The notes: generated from the letters alone by a model not told the origin. A DNA stretch of 64,000 nt from an uncultured Bacteroidales bacterium (GCA_963725785.1 CAVRZV010000014.1:72713-136712); one strand, 5' to 3'. Counted from the first letter of the stretch, positions 36,680 through 47,902 are shown. Numbers and translations: made by a program.

Positions 36680-36823
36680 GCCTCAAGTTTGGGATGCTAA
36701 GATAATTAATAGGAAAGACAAAAGATAAAAGTAAAAAGTAAAAAGTGAAGGGATTAATAAGATACTTACAGAGAGATAATAATTTTGTTTTTTTTAGATA
36801 CATTTGTATAAACGATTAAGACT

Positions 36824-37498
36824 ATGGCACGTTATTCAAGAATTGACGTTATCCTTAATATGAGGGAAGCAGGTATTGTACCTATTTTCTACCATAAAGA
36901 TCCTTTAACATGCAAGAATGTTATTAAAGCTTGTTTTGACGGGGGGATTAAAGTCTTTGAATTCACCAACAGGGGCGAATATGCACATGAATTATTCGGT
37001 GAGCTTAATAAATGGGCTGAAAAAGAGACTCCTGGTTTAGTTATGGGTGCAGGGTCAATAGTTGATGGCGGGACTGCTTCATTATATATACAACTCGGAG
37101 CAAATTTCATTGTATCACCTGTTCTTAATCCTGAAATGGCAAAAGTCTGTAACCGGAGAAAAGTTCTGTGGATACCTGGATGTGGTACGCTCTCAGAAAT
37201 AAATTATGCGGAAGAGTTGGGAGCCGAGATTGTTAAAATATTTCCGGGCTCATCAGTAGGCGGACCTGATTTTGTCAGAGCGATCAAAGGACCATGTCCG
37301 TGGACCAGCATTATGCCTACTGGCGGAGTTGAACCAACCCTTGAAAACTTAACTGAATGGTTTAATGCGGGAGTAACGTGCGTGGGTATTGGTTCAAATC
37401 TTATAACTAAAGAGCATATCCTTAAAAAAAACTGGTCAGGTCTTACAAAAAGAGTTACAGCTGCAGTCAAAGTAGCAAGAATGTTTCATGTTGATTAG
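36824..37498 (+). CDS. eda: KDPG / 4-hydroxy-2-oxoglutarate aldolase
   Basis: 224 aa with IVPIFYHKD, FEFTNRG and VKIFPG (the Schiff-base Lys region). Confidence 0.85.
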   Translation: MARYSRIDVILNMREAGIVPIFYHKDPLTCKNVIKACFDGGIKVFEFTNRGEYAHELFGELNKWAEKETPGLVMGAGSIVDGGTASLYIQLGANFIVSPVLNPEMAKVCNRRKVLWIPGCGTLSEINYAEELGAEIVKIFPGSSVGGPDFVRAIKGPCPWTSIMPTGGVEPTLENLTEWFNAGVTCVGIGSNLITKEHILKKNWSGLTKRVTAAVKVARMFHVD

Positions 37499-37531
37499 TC
37501 GGCTCAATCCACCATCTTTTGGAACTTTATG

Positions 37532-40500
37532 TCAGTTCGTTTCTTTTAGCCTTATGTTTCTGAATTTGACCAGAGATCCATGACCCAAAAACCCTATATG
37601 ACCAGTCTCGTTTTTTAAACCCGGGTGGTCATTGTGGTCCATTGTTCCATTGTCTCTCGGACCGGCAATATCTCCATCAACGATAGTAGTTCCGTTAAGA
37701 ACAATCTTTACAAATGTACCTTTAACAATCACCTCTTCATAATTCCACTCACCAACAGGTTTAAGAAATCCTCTTGTGGAAGGAATCACACCATATACTG
37801 AGCCGTGGTATTGGTAAGGCTGCAGGTTTGCATAAACCGGAGCTGTGTCGTCAAGTATCTGGAGTTCCATACCCTCATAAGCAGCATCACCGGTGAGGGG
37901 AGCTCTGATTGCCAGACCGTTATTTGCAGCAGGTGTAAGCTGAAATTCAAACCTGATTATGAAATCATTATATTGCTTATTTGTAAAAAGGTTACCGATA
38001 TTACCCTTTGATGGAAAAGTAACGATCGATCCATCTTCCACTCCGTAAGCAATAGTATCTCCCAGCCATCCGTTAAGGTTTCTTCCGTTAAAAAGGGAAG
38101 TAAATCCTTCTGACTTCTCATCAGGTGTAAGGCTATATTCCTTTTCACTGATCTCCCTTACAAATATATCTCTGAATGCAAGATCTGTACCATGAGCCTG
38201 GAGTTCAATTGCACCTTTGGGGAATATTGGAATTTTACGATCCCAGTAGTTCTCAAGAATGGTATTATCGACAACAAGATCACCATTAAGCCAGACTGAT
38301 ACTTTTTCGCCGATCATTTCAATTCTGAAAGTATTCCAATCGCCAACTGGATTATCAGCTACCTTCAGAGGTTTGGACTTGTTTATCTGGTTATTATACA
38401 GCCCTCCCGAACCAACCTGTGCACCCACCTCTGCTCTGGAGGTATCCCATATCTGAACCTGGGGAGAACCTCTGAGATAGATCCCGCTGTCTCCGCCTTT
38501 AGAGATTTTCCAGTCAACCAGCATCTCAAAATCACCATATTCCTTTACGGAACAAAGATTATCGCCGGAACCATTAAACCATATACACCCATCCTTTACA
38601 CTCCAGTTGTCAGCCACTTTTTTGTCTGCTTCAATCTGCTTCTTTGCAAGTTCGGCAGGTTTCATTTTTGCACGTGCAACAGGATCTTCAACTAGTCCCT
38701 GCCATCCTGAAAGATCTTTTCCGTTAAACATCGGTTTAAAACCTTCATCAGCAGGCATTCCGTTTAAATACTTGTTTACCATCTCTTTACCGTACTCGCT
38801 CTCCTTACCTTTTAGTTTTCCTGCAGCTTTGACAAGAATCGTTTTTACCAGATCGCCGTACAAACCGACACTGGAGTTTGCTGCCGGAAGTGCGATGTAA
38901 ATTGCAGCTTTGGCAGCAGTAGCCGATACTGAAGAATCCCGGAGATAGTCTGAAACGAAAAAAAGCGCCTGATAGGTTTTCAATTTCCCTATCCCGGTCA
39001 GAATTTCGTTTTTACGATCAGAGCCAAACGCATACGGCATTATTTTTCTGTAATAAAGCAGTTTACGTTCATCCGTTAATTCAGCGGATTCAATCTGCCT
39101 GACAAATCCTTCAAAGGCCGGTCCTTCATATGTTTTATTTCCCGATGCACAAATGCTGAATAATGCCGATGAGGCTGAATAATCCTTCCAGTTTGTTAGT
39201 GCTTTGAAACAGATATCCCGTAGATCCGGATTCCCATTTTCAAATTCGTTCAGAACTGTTTTGAGCGCTTGACTTCCACCAGTTTTTGCCAGTACCGGAA
39301 TAAGTTTCATTTTAATATCGAAGAGGCTTGATGCATTGCGCCTCAACAGATCTGAATCTAATAAACTTATAATATATCCTGATCTCTTTTCAGGATCCCC
39401 GGTTTTTCCTGCTGCAACTGAAATGGCTTCCTGAATATCACGTATGTTATCATTATTATCAACAGTTGAGAGAAGTTCAATAAGTTTTGTCTGGTCAGAT
39501 GGTCCGGCAAGATTGGCCAGGGCTTTTATCGCAGCATTTTTTACTCGTTCATCCTTCGATGATGTCAACGGAAACAGCTCTGAAAAATACTCGTTCCCCT
39601 TATTCCAGGCTAACAACTCAATAGTGCTTTTCCTGGCGGCAGAAGTGCCGCCTTTAAGAACCGGTAACAGAAGGGATATATTATTGCTGCCACAAATAGT
39701 CATCAGGGATGATTTTGCTGCCTCCTGATCCTGATCGCTGTCGAATTTCATCATATAATTAATCAAAGCCGGGATTGCTGAATCGCCATCTATCCTGACT
39801 AAAGCTGATGCGGCTTCAATCCTGACCTTTAGATCATTATCTGATAATGATTCAGTTACCAATGGCAGCGCCAGACGATCGGACCTGATACCAAGCATAT
39901 TTATAATTTCGGGTCTGGCATCAGGTATCGCTTTGGGAAAATATTTAATCCATCTCTTTACCACTTCAGTTCCTGGTATTGCAAGTGACAATTTAATGGC
40001 ATCATTCCTGTATCGGTTATTTGAATGGGCTGCACCTTTGATGAGATAATCCATTGCACTGATACCATGTGAGCTGACATATATTTCCAAAGCAAAAGTT
40101 TTATTCTGAATTGCATTGTAATCGTCACATTTTGCTATGATAAGCTTACAGATCTTGTCCATATTTTTTACATCACCATTTTGACCAATAGTTCTGGCGT
40201 AGTTTAGCAAAGAAACTGTTGAACCCGTAACATCCCATCTATACGAAACAGCTTTCGCTGCCATTGACAAAACAGGAAATGCTTTTTGACTTCCACTCAT
40301 AGCGAGTGCGTTGTAAGCAGATGATTTAATGTTATTGTCAGTTGATGAAGCCCATTTAATATATTCATCTACGCCTGCCTGTGATTTCATTAATGCCAGC
40401 GTATTCATCACAGCTGCGGCACACGGCAGCTCATCATTCTCAAGCGATTCGGCCAAAATAGTTTCTGCTGTTTTTCCACCGACGGCTGAAATAACTGCAA

Positions 40501-40957
40501 GTGCCGGAGAACAAAACTCCTTGCTGAAGAGATAATTTTTCATCGCTTCTGCTGATTGATCCCCTCCAATTTGCTGAAGTTGCTTCATAAAAAAATCTTT
40601 GACCCCAGGGTCGGATTGTCCAATAGCATAATTTATACAAATCTTTTCCCACAGGACTCTGCTATTCTCACGAATATTACCTGAAAGAAAGCGTGACAGA
40701 CTTTCTATTGCATACCTTGGACGGGTATCATCACCTGTCCCGTCAGGTATGACCTGATCACAAATCTTTTTTATTCCGGCTTCTCCAAGTGACAGCATTT
40801 CTATCATAAGCTTGTCGGTAAATTGCCGGTCGTTCGAAGGAATACGGCCAAGAAGGTCAGCTACTTTTGTTTCAATCGTTCTTTTATCCTGAGCTAAAGA
40901 TGATGATGAAAGAATAAGAAGACAAAAACCGGTAACTATTATTTTTAGGATTTTCAT
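37532..40957 (-). CDS. Secreted HEAT-repeat protein with two C-terminal DUF1080 (3-keto-disaccharide hydrolase-like) domains
   Basis: 1141-aa intact ORF with a signal peptide and a long alpha-helical repeat region. Two DUF1080 signatures follow (FNGKDLSGWQG...WSVKDGCIW and FNGRNLNGWLG...YGVEDGSIV). Confidence 0.8.
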   Translation of the reverse strand: MKILKIIVTGFCLLILSSSSLAQDKRTIETKVADLLGRIPSNDRQFTDKLMIEMLSLGEAGIKKICDQVIPDGTGDDTRPRYAIESLSRFLSGNIRENSRVLWEKICINYAIGQSDPGVKDFFMKQLQQIGGDQSAEAMKNYLFSKEFCSPALAVISAVGGKTAETILAESLENDELPCAAAVMNTLALMKSQAGVDEYIKWASSTDNNIKSSAYNALAMSGSQKAFPVLSMAAKAVSYRWDVTGSTVSLLNYARTIGQNGDVKNMDKICKLIIAKCDDYNAIQNKTFALEIYVSSHGISAMDYLIKGAAHSNNRYRNDAIKLSLAIPGTEVVKRWIKYFPKAIPDARPEIINMLGIRSDRLALPLVTESLSDNDLKVRIEAASALVRIDGDSAIPALINYMMKFDSDQDQEAAKSSLMTICGSNNISLLLPVLKGGTSAARKSTIELLAWNKGNEYFSELFPLTSSKDERVKNAAIKALANLAGPSDQTKLIELLSTVDNNDNIRDIQEAISVAAGKTGDPEKRSGYIISLLDSDLLRRNASSLFDIKMKLIPVLAKTGGSQALKTVLNEFENGNPDLRDICFKALTNWKDYSASSALFSICASGNKTYEGPAFEGFVRQIESAELTDERKLLYYRKIMPYAFGSDRKNEILTGIGKLKTYQALFFVSDYLRDSSVSATAAKAAIYIALPAANSSVGLYGDLVKTILVKAAGKLKGKESEYGKEMVNKYLNGMPADEGFKPMFNGKDLSGWQGLVEDPVARAKMKPAELAKKQIEADKKVADNWSVKDGCIWFNGSGDNLCSVKEYGDFEMLVDWKISKGGDSGIYLRGSPQVQIWDTSRAEVGAQVGSGGLYNNQINKSKPLKVADNPVGDWNTFRIEMIGEKVSVWLNGDLVVDNTILENYWDRKIPIFPKGAIELQAHGTDLAFRDIFVREISEKEYSLTPDEKSEGFTSLFNGRNLNGWLGDTIAYGVEDGSIVTFPSKGNIGNLFTNKQYNDFIIRFEFQLTPAANNGLAIRAPLTGDAAYEGMELQILDDTAPVYANLQPYQYHGSVYGVIPSTRGFLKPVGEWNYEEVIVKGTFVKIVLNGTTIVDGDIAGPRDNGTMDHNDHPGLKNETGHIGFLGHGSLVKFRNIRLKETN

Positions 40958-41002
40958 ATTTTCAACTTTTTCAACTTTTTCAACTTTTTCAACTTTTTCA
41001 AC
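40958..41002. repeat. Tandem nonamer (tttttcaac) x5 filling most of a 66-nt intergenic spacer
   Basis: attttcaac followed by tttttcaac x4, immediately adjacent to the start codon (CAT at 40955-40957) of the HEAT/DUF1080 gene. Confidence 0.9.
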
Positions 41003-41023
41003 AAATCAGCATACAGGCACTTA

Positions 41024-42292
41024 TCAGATTCTCCAGGGCCCACGCATTGGTGGATTAATAAGTTTGTTCGCGCCTTCATCATTGATAAACTGTTGTTTAA
41101 CCGGATCATAGTTGAGGTTACGTCCCAACCTGAGCGCAATTACTCCAAGATTCACTATTGAACAAGATCTGTGGCCATTGGTCTCATTAAGTGCAAATTT
41201 ATTTCTTGTAATAACCGATTCCGTAAATGAAGTTATTTGTGGCGCTGGATCGGGAAGTGAATCGATAAGTTTTTGAATATCGGGAATATCAGATCTGAAA
41301 CCTTTAAAAACTTTTCCCAGAGGTCCTTCTATATAAGCTGCTTTTTTATCATGGTTTTCACCATCGAGGATTATCTGGCATCCATCAGCATATGTAAAAG
41401 CTATTCTCCTCCACGATCCAACTGCATCATAATGTTGTTGAGGTGCATCTATTTCAATAGTCACAGGTCCGGTATCATCCTTCCCGAGTAAGTACTGAAC
41501 CGGATCGAGATAGTGCTGACCCATATCTCCAAGGCCGCCACCATCGTAATCCCAGTAACCACGGAATTTAGCATGTACTCTTTCAGGATTATATGGTTTG
41601 AATGGAGCAGGACCAAGCCAGAAGTCGTAGTCAAGCTCAGCCGGGACGGGCATTGGTTGCAGATTATGAAGTCCGCTCCAATAGAACTTCCAGTCGTAAC
41701 CGGTTACTCCGCTTACAGTAACTTTAAGAGGCCAGCCAAGAGCACCGCTATCGACAAGTTTCTTCAGAGGTTTAATTGTTGTTCCCAGACCATAAAACTG
41801 GTCCTTAAATCTGAACCAGGTATTCAGCCGGAACATACAGCCATTTTTCTGAACTGCTTCTATAACTTTTATTCCTTCTCCGATTGTTCGGGTCATCGGT
41901 TTTTCACACCAGATATCTTTACCAGCCTCAGCTGCGGTCCTGGCAATAATTCCATGCCAGTGAGGCGGAGTGGCTATGTGAACAATATCTATATCCTGCC
42001 GGGAAATCAGTTCACGGAAATCGTGATAACCGGTGATATTTCCTCCTCCTGCAGCTACAGCTTGTTCAAGGTGTGAACTATCTACATCACAGACTGCAAG
42101 GAGACGGGTACCTTCATATTCAAAATGGTTTCTCCCCATTCCCCCGACTCCAATTATGCCTTTTGTGAGTTGATGACTCGGAGCAAGGTACCCCTTTCCT
42201 CCAAGTACGTGCCTTGGAAGAATTGTAAGAGCAAAAGCGGTAGTGGCTGCTTTATTCAGGAAATCCCGTCTGCTTAGATTGTCCTTCTTCAT
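41024..42292 (-). CDS. Gfo/Idh/MocA family oxidoreductase with a twin-arginine signal
   Basis: 422 aa with SRRDFLNKAATTAFALT (Tat motif), a Rossmann fold GIIGVGGMGRNH and the EKP motif (IWCEKPMT). Confidence 0.85.
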   Translation of the reverse strand: MKKDNLSRRDFLNKAATTAFALTILPRHVLGGKGYLAPSHQLTKGIIGVGGMGRNHFEYEGTRLLAVCDVDSSHLEQAVAAGGGNITGYHDFRELISRQDIDIVHIATPPHWHGIIARTAAEAGKDIWCEKPMTRTIGEGIKVIEAVQKNGCMFRLNTWFRFKDQFYGLGTTIKPLKKLVDSGALGWPLKVTVSGVTGYDWKFYWSGLHNLQPMPVPAELDYDFWLGPAPFKPYNPERVHAKFRGYWDYDGGGLGDMGQHYLDPVQYLLGKDDTGPVTIEIDAPQQHYDAVGSWRRIAFTYADGCQIILDGENHDKKAAYIEGPLGKVFKGFRSDIPDIQKLIDSLPDPAPQITSFTESVITRNKFALNETNGHRSCSIVNLGVIALRLGRNLNYDPVKQQFINDEGANKLINPPMRGPWRI

Positions 42293-42544
42293 GGTATCTG
42301 ACTTTATTTGAATTCCTATATTGTATTATAAGGATAATTGCATCAATAGCAAGTCAACAGTAAACAGGCTAATATTCAGAGTAAATTAAATAATAATGCA
42401 ATTTGCATGTTTTATAACCAATTAACAAGCAGAAAAGTTCTATTTTATTGAAAACCGGAATCAGGTATTTGTTCAGGTGTGAGAAGAAACCTGTACAATG
42501 TGTAATACTTCACATTTTTGGAAACAAATTTTAGCTTCTTTTTT

Positions 42545-42648
42545 TATTTTGAACCCCCTTTCATTTTCCCCCAAGGGGGAAATGTACAGCTACCCCTTCC
42601 CCCGTGGGGGAAAGCCTGCCCCGCTTCGGCGGGGGCTGGGAAGGGGGT
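42545..42648. repeat. Nested GC-rich hairpins (REP-like)
   Basis: ttTTCCCCCaaGGGGGAAa, then CCCCTTCCCCCgtGGGGGaaagcctGCCCCGCttcgGCGGGGCtGGGAAGGGG. Confidence 0.7.
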
Positions 42649-43140
42649 AAAGAATTATGGGAAGAAGATTTGATATAGTGAAATAACATTCCAAAAACCA
42701 TGTTTTATAAATTCTGAAGAATTAAAACAATGGCTGGTTTTAAAACCAGGACCCCTTCAGTAGCTGTAGTTCTCTGTAAGAAAAACTACAGTATTGAAGG
42801 GGGAGATCATCCCGGAGACGTATGAAAAATAGGGAAAATGGGGAAAAGAAACTCCGGGATGGAAGAGAATCAACCTAAACTTTTTATCATTTATTACTTT
42901 TCAACAATAAATCTCTGTTGAGGTAACTTAATTAAATTTCTTAGTATTTTAACATGTCTGCAAACAATAGCTTAAATAGCTGATATAACTTAAACACTAG
43001 ATATAAATATTCGTCAGAGCTATTTATTCTGAAACAAAAATGGCTTTCAAATCCAGTACTAAGATATCGCGATATAATGTTTTGTAAATGGAAAAATTAA
43101 AGGATTGTATGAAACTCAGCTGGTATTGTATGAATAGCCC

Positions 43141-43278
43141 GCTTTGATGTATGATTGGATCAGATCGGCACGAATGCAGAATAAGGACCAATGGGTTGAA
43201 CCGGGAGAATTCGAGATTATGATAGGAAACTCATCACGTGATGAAGATCTTTCTAAGATAGTTTTGACCGTTGTCTGA
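43141..43278 (+). pseudogene. Remnant of the C-terminus of a GH3-type beta-glucosidase
   Basis: The frame ending at TGA 43276-43278 reads ALMYDWIRSARMQNKDQWVEPGEFEIMIGNSSRDEDLSKIVLTVV. EPGEF-x-IM-x-G-x-SSRD resembles the conserved end of the GH3 fibronectin-like C-domain. No upstream ORF is present. Confidence 0.45.
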
Positions 43279-43294
43279 TTATCCAGGAGCTAAA

Positions 43295-43343
43295 ATAGTG
43301 AGATCTGCAGAAACTATTTTCCTGCAGATCTCAACTATTTTTG
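43295..43343 (+). terminator. Rho-independent-like terminator after the GH3 remnant
   Basis: ATAGTGAGATCTGCAG aaactattttc CTGCAGATCTCAACTAT, followed by TTTT. Confidence 0.5.
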
Positions 43344-43526
43344 CAGGCACACCGGCAAGATTATAACTGGCATCACATAATTATCACAGGGACCATTTAC
43401 CCTGATTATTCTGATGCGAATATTGATTTAATAATCGTACCTTCGGATAATCATTTTTGATTTCTGCTATGTCTTTTATAGATAAGTTATTATATATTGT
43501 CCGAAAACCGATTTAAAGTCATCAAC

Positions 43527-44835
43527 ATGCCAAAAATAACTAAAGAAGACGCGCTTCTCTATCATAGCAGAGGACGTCATGGTAAAGTGGAGGTTATTCC
43601 TACAAAACCTTACAGTACACAATTTGACCTCAGTCTGGCATATACACCTGGTGTAGCTTATCCCTGTCTCGAAATAGAAAAGACTCCTGAGGATGTATAT
43701 AATTATACTGCAAAAGGGAACCTTGTTGCAGTAATATCAAACGGTACTGCGGTTCTTGGGCTTGGTGATATAGGTACCATGGCCGGCAAACCTGTAATGG
43801 AAGGTAAAGGACTTCTGTTTAAAGTATTTGCAGATATTGACGTTTTCGATATTGAAGTAGATGAAAAAGATCCCGTCAAATTAATTGAGTTTTGCAGACA
43901 AATTGCTCCCACATTCGGAGGAATAAATCTCGAAGATATTAAAGCACCGGAATGTTTCGAGGTGGAAACAGAACTGAAGAAGATTCTTGATATCCCTGTA
44001 TTTCACGATGATCAGCATGGCACTGCAATTATTTCAGCAGCCGGTCTGCTTAATTCGCTTGAAATTACCGGGAAAAAAATAGGCGATATAAAGATGGTTG
44101 TTTGTGGTGCAGGAGCCGCTGCTATCTCATGCTCCAGATTATATGTCGCTCTGGGTGTGCGGAAAGAGAATATTGTGATGGCTGACTCAAAAGGAATCAT
44201 CAATACAAAAAGGAAAGACCTGAATAAATATAAACAGGAATTCATTACCAGCCGGAACCTGAATACCCTGGAAGAGGCTGTAAAAGGTGCAGATCTTTTC
44301 CTGGGATTATCAGCTGCGTGCATGATGTCAAAAGAGATGCTGTCATCAATGGCTAAGAACCCTATCATCTTTGCTATGGCTAATCCAAATCCTGAAATCT
44401 CATATGAAGATGCAACTGGCCACTCGTAAGGATATGATTTTTGCTACCGGAAGATCAGATTATCCAAATCAGATTAACAATGTCCTCGGATTCCCGTTCA
44501 TCTTCCGCGGTGCACTGGATGTGAGAGCATCAACTATTAATGAAGAGATGAAACTTGCGGCTTCTAAGGCTCTCGCTGCACTGGCAAAAGAACCTGTCCC
44601 TGATTCTGTGCTGAAAGCATATAATGTTGAAAAGCTTTCCTTTGGAAAAGAATATATAATTCCAAAACCTGTAGATCCCAGGTTAATATCAGTTGTGGCT
44701 CCGGCTGTTGCCAAAGCTGCAATGGATAGTGGAGTCGCCAAATACCCTATAACAGATTGGGATGCATATAAGAAAAGTCTTGACAGAAGACTAAGTGAGC
44801 ACGTAAGAAAAATAGCTGACTGCAGCGGTATGTAG
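43527..44835 (+). pseudogene. maeB: NAD(P)-dependent malic enzyme (malic-enzyme domains only), one frameshift near 44414
   Basis: LAYTPGVA, GTAVLGLGDIG, VFHDDQHGTAI and VVCGAGAAA (ORF 43497..44429), continuing in the +1 frame as [27 protein letters not shown] (ORF 44371..44835). The ATG at 43527 (MPKITKEDAL) is the likely start. Confidence 0.8.
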
Positions 44836-44843
44836 GACAAAAT

Positions 44844-45567
44844 TCAGCAAATTCTACCCGCCTTTTTCCTGTCGGCAATCTGTCTGCAGACTTTCTTTTC
44901 GTACATTGAAAGAATCAAATCCGATATCTCCTGGATCGTGAAAGAACTCCTGTTAATTGTTGCATCAAACAGGTAATCTATATTAAGTGGATTCTTTTCG
45001 AGAAAAGTATGTATCAGGTTAAATCGTTTTTCATCTGTATCAACTACGAAAGTTTCTGCTGCTTCCATATTCATATTCTTTCTTTTTCATTACATTTTCA
45101 ACCCTCCAGTAAAATGGAGCGACCAGCCTTATATGAAGTGCATCGTTGATTTCATGGGCTATTGACACACCTCCCCTGCCAACAAGTATAATAAATCCCT
45201 CTTTACACATCGAGAGTACAACATCTCTTATAGCTTTTTTTACCCGGAGATCGCTAACAAAACCACCTGAAAAAGCCATTATCATCTCAGAAATATTTGA
45301 TAATTCAATTCCCTTATAGAAATTTTCAACACGTTGAGTATCTGTATTCAACTCTTTCGCAATAGCATAAATAATATCCTTATCGACCCATTTCCATCTG
45401 GTAGTACCAAATCTACGGTTAAGATCATCTGCCAGAGTAGCTGCTACCTGCCTGGCATCACAACCTGTCAATCGGGAAAGAGTAATTACCGGACCGTCAT
45501 CAGCAGGAGCTTTTTTAAGTATCGACTCTCTGTACCGATCATCAAAATAATCAAAAAATTTTTCCAT
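44844..45567 (-). pseudogene. Cytidylate-kinase-like family protein, one frameshift near 45070
   Basis: ORF 45040..45567 (GPVITLSRLTGCDARQVAATLADDL...ILVGRGG) continues in ORF 44844..45074 (AAETFVVDTDEKRFNLIHTFL...). Confidence 0.6.
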
Positions 45568-45857
45568 CTTAACAGTCTCTTTAAATGATTATCTATTTAA
45601 GCTACATAAATACAGAGTATGTATTAATCTGTGATTTAATTACTTATCCCGTATGCCGACGGATGAGACTTGTCAGAACTAAGATCAGTTCTCCCGAATT
45701 TATAAACGATATAATTTACAAAAAATAAATGAATTGATAAAATTTTATTACAACTCTAATGTCAATAGTTCTTATATTAATAAATTTGTAAACCGGGTGA
45801 ATAAAAACCATGCAGGCTTGTCTGCTTTTTGAGGAAAGAGGGTTGAACCGACTATAA

Positions 45858-46421
45858 ATGAAAACTTTTCTCGCAAAAATATTTTTCAGTCTTTTCACTA
45901 TCCTGTTTATTACAGGATGTAAAAAAAATATGGTAATAAGCGAGAATCAGATTATTTTGTTTCAGGTTGATTATATCAATTATGCCTGGGGATATCTGCA
46001 CACCGGCTTTATTATCGACAGTGAAGGAAATGTTCTGACATACAAAAATCCTGAGGATTGGAATTTTCCAGACAAAGATTTTAGTATTAACCAGAACCAG
46101 ATCAAAGAGAATATCAGCAAGTGTACAAGTTCCGGTATTAAAATACCGAAGGCAGAATTACAAAAATATGCTCATCATATTAAAAACATTTCGTCGAGCA
46201 AAGTTACTGCATTAAAGAATGTTGCAGCTGATGCCGGATCAATACAGTATACCTGTTATCAATTCTTTGAGAAATCCGGAACCTATAAAAGCTGTCTTAT
46301 AAAAATGGAAGGTGATTTTACCTGCGAAAACCTGAATTTCTTTTCAAAGAAGGTTAGTATTTGGCTGAAAAGTATAAGTGCGTCATACCTGGGGCCAACG
46401 AGGAATCTCCTTATTTTATAA
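45858..46421 (+). CDS. Hypothetical lipoprotein
   Basis: 187 aa with lipobox LFITGC. I recognise no family motif. Confidence 0.6.
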   Translation: MKTFLAKIFFSLFTILFITGCKKNMVISENQIILFQVDYINYAWGYLHTGFIIDSEGNVLTYKNPEDWNFPDKDFSINQNQIKENISKCTSSGIKIPKAELQKYAHHIKNISSSKVTALKNVAADAGSIQYTCYQFFEKSGTYKSCLIKMEGDFTCENLNFFSKKVSIWLKSISASYLGPTRNLLIL

Positions 46422-46496
46422 AGTTTTCTGTATTATTTATTATATCTTTACTTCATACAAAACAATTATCTCGCTATCAATCTTAAATTAATCGTT

Positions 46497-46949
46497 ATGA
46501 TTACCAACATTTTTTCCAGACCTGAAATATTTTGGTTCGTTCTCGGTCTGGGCCTGTTTATTCTTGAACTGGTCATTCCGGGATTCTTTATTTTTTTCTT
46601 TGGGCTCGGCGCCTGGGTCACAGCTCTTGTCTGTCTTATCGGACATCCCGGGACCAACCTGCAGATAATAATTTTTGCTGTTATCTCTGTTATATCTCTC
46701 ATTGCATTAAGAAAAATTATTCAGAAGAAGTTCTTTTATAGTAAAGGCACACCGTCTGAAGATGTTGATGATGAATTTACGGGAAAAGAAGCACTTGCCA
46801 AAAATGATTTTGGAGGCTTAAATAAAGGAAAAGTTGAGTTCAAAGGAACAACCTGGACATCTGAATCTACTTCAGAGATTAAAGAAGGACAAAGAGTAAT
46901 TATTATAGAAAAAGATAGTTTTAAATTAATAGTTGAACCTAAAAAATAA
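46497..46949 (+). CDS. NfeD-family membrane protein
   Basis: 150 aa with N-terminal TM helices and a C-terminal OB-like domain (GKVEFKGTTWTSES...GQRVIIIEKDSFKLIVEP). It is followed 5 nt later by an SPFH gene, the classical NfeD-SPFH pair. Confidence 0.8.
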   Translation: MITNIFSRPEIFWFVLGLGLFILELVIPGFFIFFFGLGAWVTALVCLIGHPGTNLQIIIFAVISVISLIALRKIIQKKFFYSKGTPSEDVDDEFTGKEALAKNDFGGLNKGKVEFKGTTWTSESTSEIKEGQRVIIIEKDSFKLIVEPKK

Positions 46950-46954
46950 TTAAA

Positions 46955-47893
46955 ATGGAAGGATCAAGCACAACTTTTATTCTGGTTGGGGTAATCTTTT
47001 TAGGATTTATTCTGATTGCATCAATGATCAAAGATTGTTCCTCAGAGAACAGCTATAATTGTTGAACGTCTTGGTAAATACAGGGCAACATTTACAGCGG
47101 GATTCCAGTTGCTTATCCCGTTTTTCGATAAAGTAAGATACAGACATACTCTTAAAGAACAGGCTATCGATGTCGCTCCTCAGATTTGCATTACACGCGA
47201 TAATATTGCCGTTGAGGTTGACGGAATTCTCTACCTTCAGGTACTGGATCCCCAGAAAGCATCTTATGGGATTGATAATTACAGGTTTGCATCCATACAG
47301 ATCGCTCAGACAACAATGAGAAGTGTGATCGGTAAACTTGGAACTTGACAGAACATTTGAAGAACGTGAAACGATAAACGTTTCTATTGTCGATGCGGTT
47401 GATAAAGCCAGCGAACCCTGGGGTGTTAAAGTAACCCGTTATGAAGTTAAAAATATTTCTCCGCCGCAGAGTATAAAAGATGCAATGGAAAAACAGATGA
47501 GGGCCGAGAGGGAGAAAAGAGCTGTAATTGCTGAATCAGAAGGAACAAGACAGGCTAAGATAAATAATGCTGATGGTGATAAGCAGGAGTTTATCCTGAA
47601 GTCAGAAGGTGAAAAACAGAAGACGTATCAACGAAGCTGCCGGACGAGCTTCTGAAATTGAGCAGATTGCAAATGCAACAGCTAATGGACTAAGAGCCAT
47701 TTCGTTAGCAATATCTGAAGAGAATGGTCTGAATGCTGTTAATCTGAGAATTGCCGAACAATACCTTAATGCTTTTGCCGGTCTGGCTAAAACAAATAAT
47801 ACTATGATATTGCCTTCCAACTTGACCGATATTGCAGGAATTGTTGCAACAGCAACCTCTGTGTTTAATGAGACAAAGGATAAGAAGAAATAA
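46955..47893 (+). pseudogene. SPFH/band-7 (stomatin-like) protein, three frameshifts (near 47027, 47337 and 47625)
   Basis: Pieces in successive frames: MEGSSTTFILVGVIFLGFILIASMIK / IVPQRTAIIVERLGKYRATF..(47109..47348)..RSVIGKL / ELDRTFEERETIN..PPQSIKDAMEKQMRAEREKRA (47338..47655) / RINEAAGRASEIEQIANATANGL.. (47609..47893). Confidence 0.8.
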
Positions 47894-47902
47894 CCTAAAA
47901 AT

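Noticed and set aside
40954-41139. A 61-aa ORF ending in LKKLKKLKKLKKLKI
   Set aside because: The C-terminus is simply the translation of the 9-nt tandem repeat, and the rest overlaps the 3' end of the oxidoreductase gene.
41513-42076. A 187-aa plus-strand ORF
   Set aside because: It is antisense shadow of the Tat-signal Gfo/Idh/MocA oxidoreductase gene and has no recognisable motifs.
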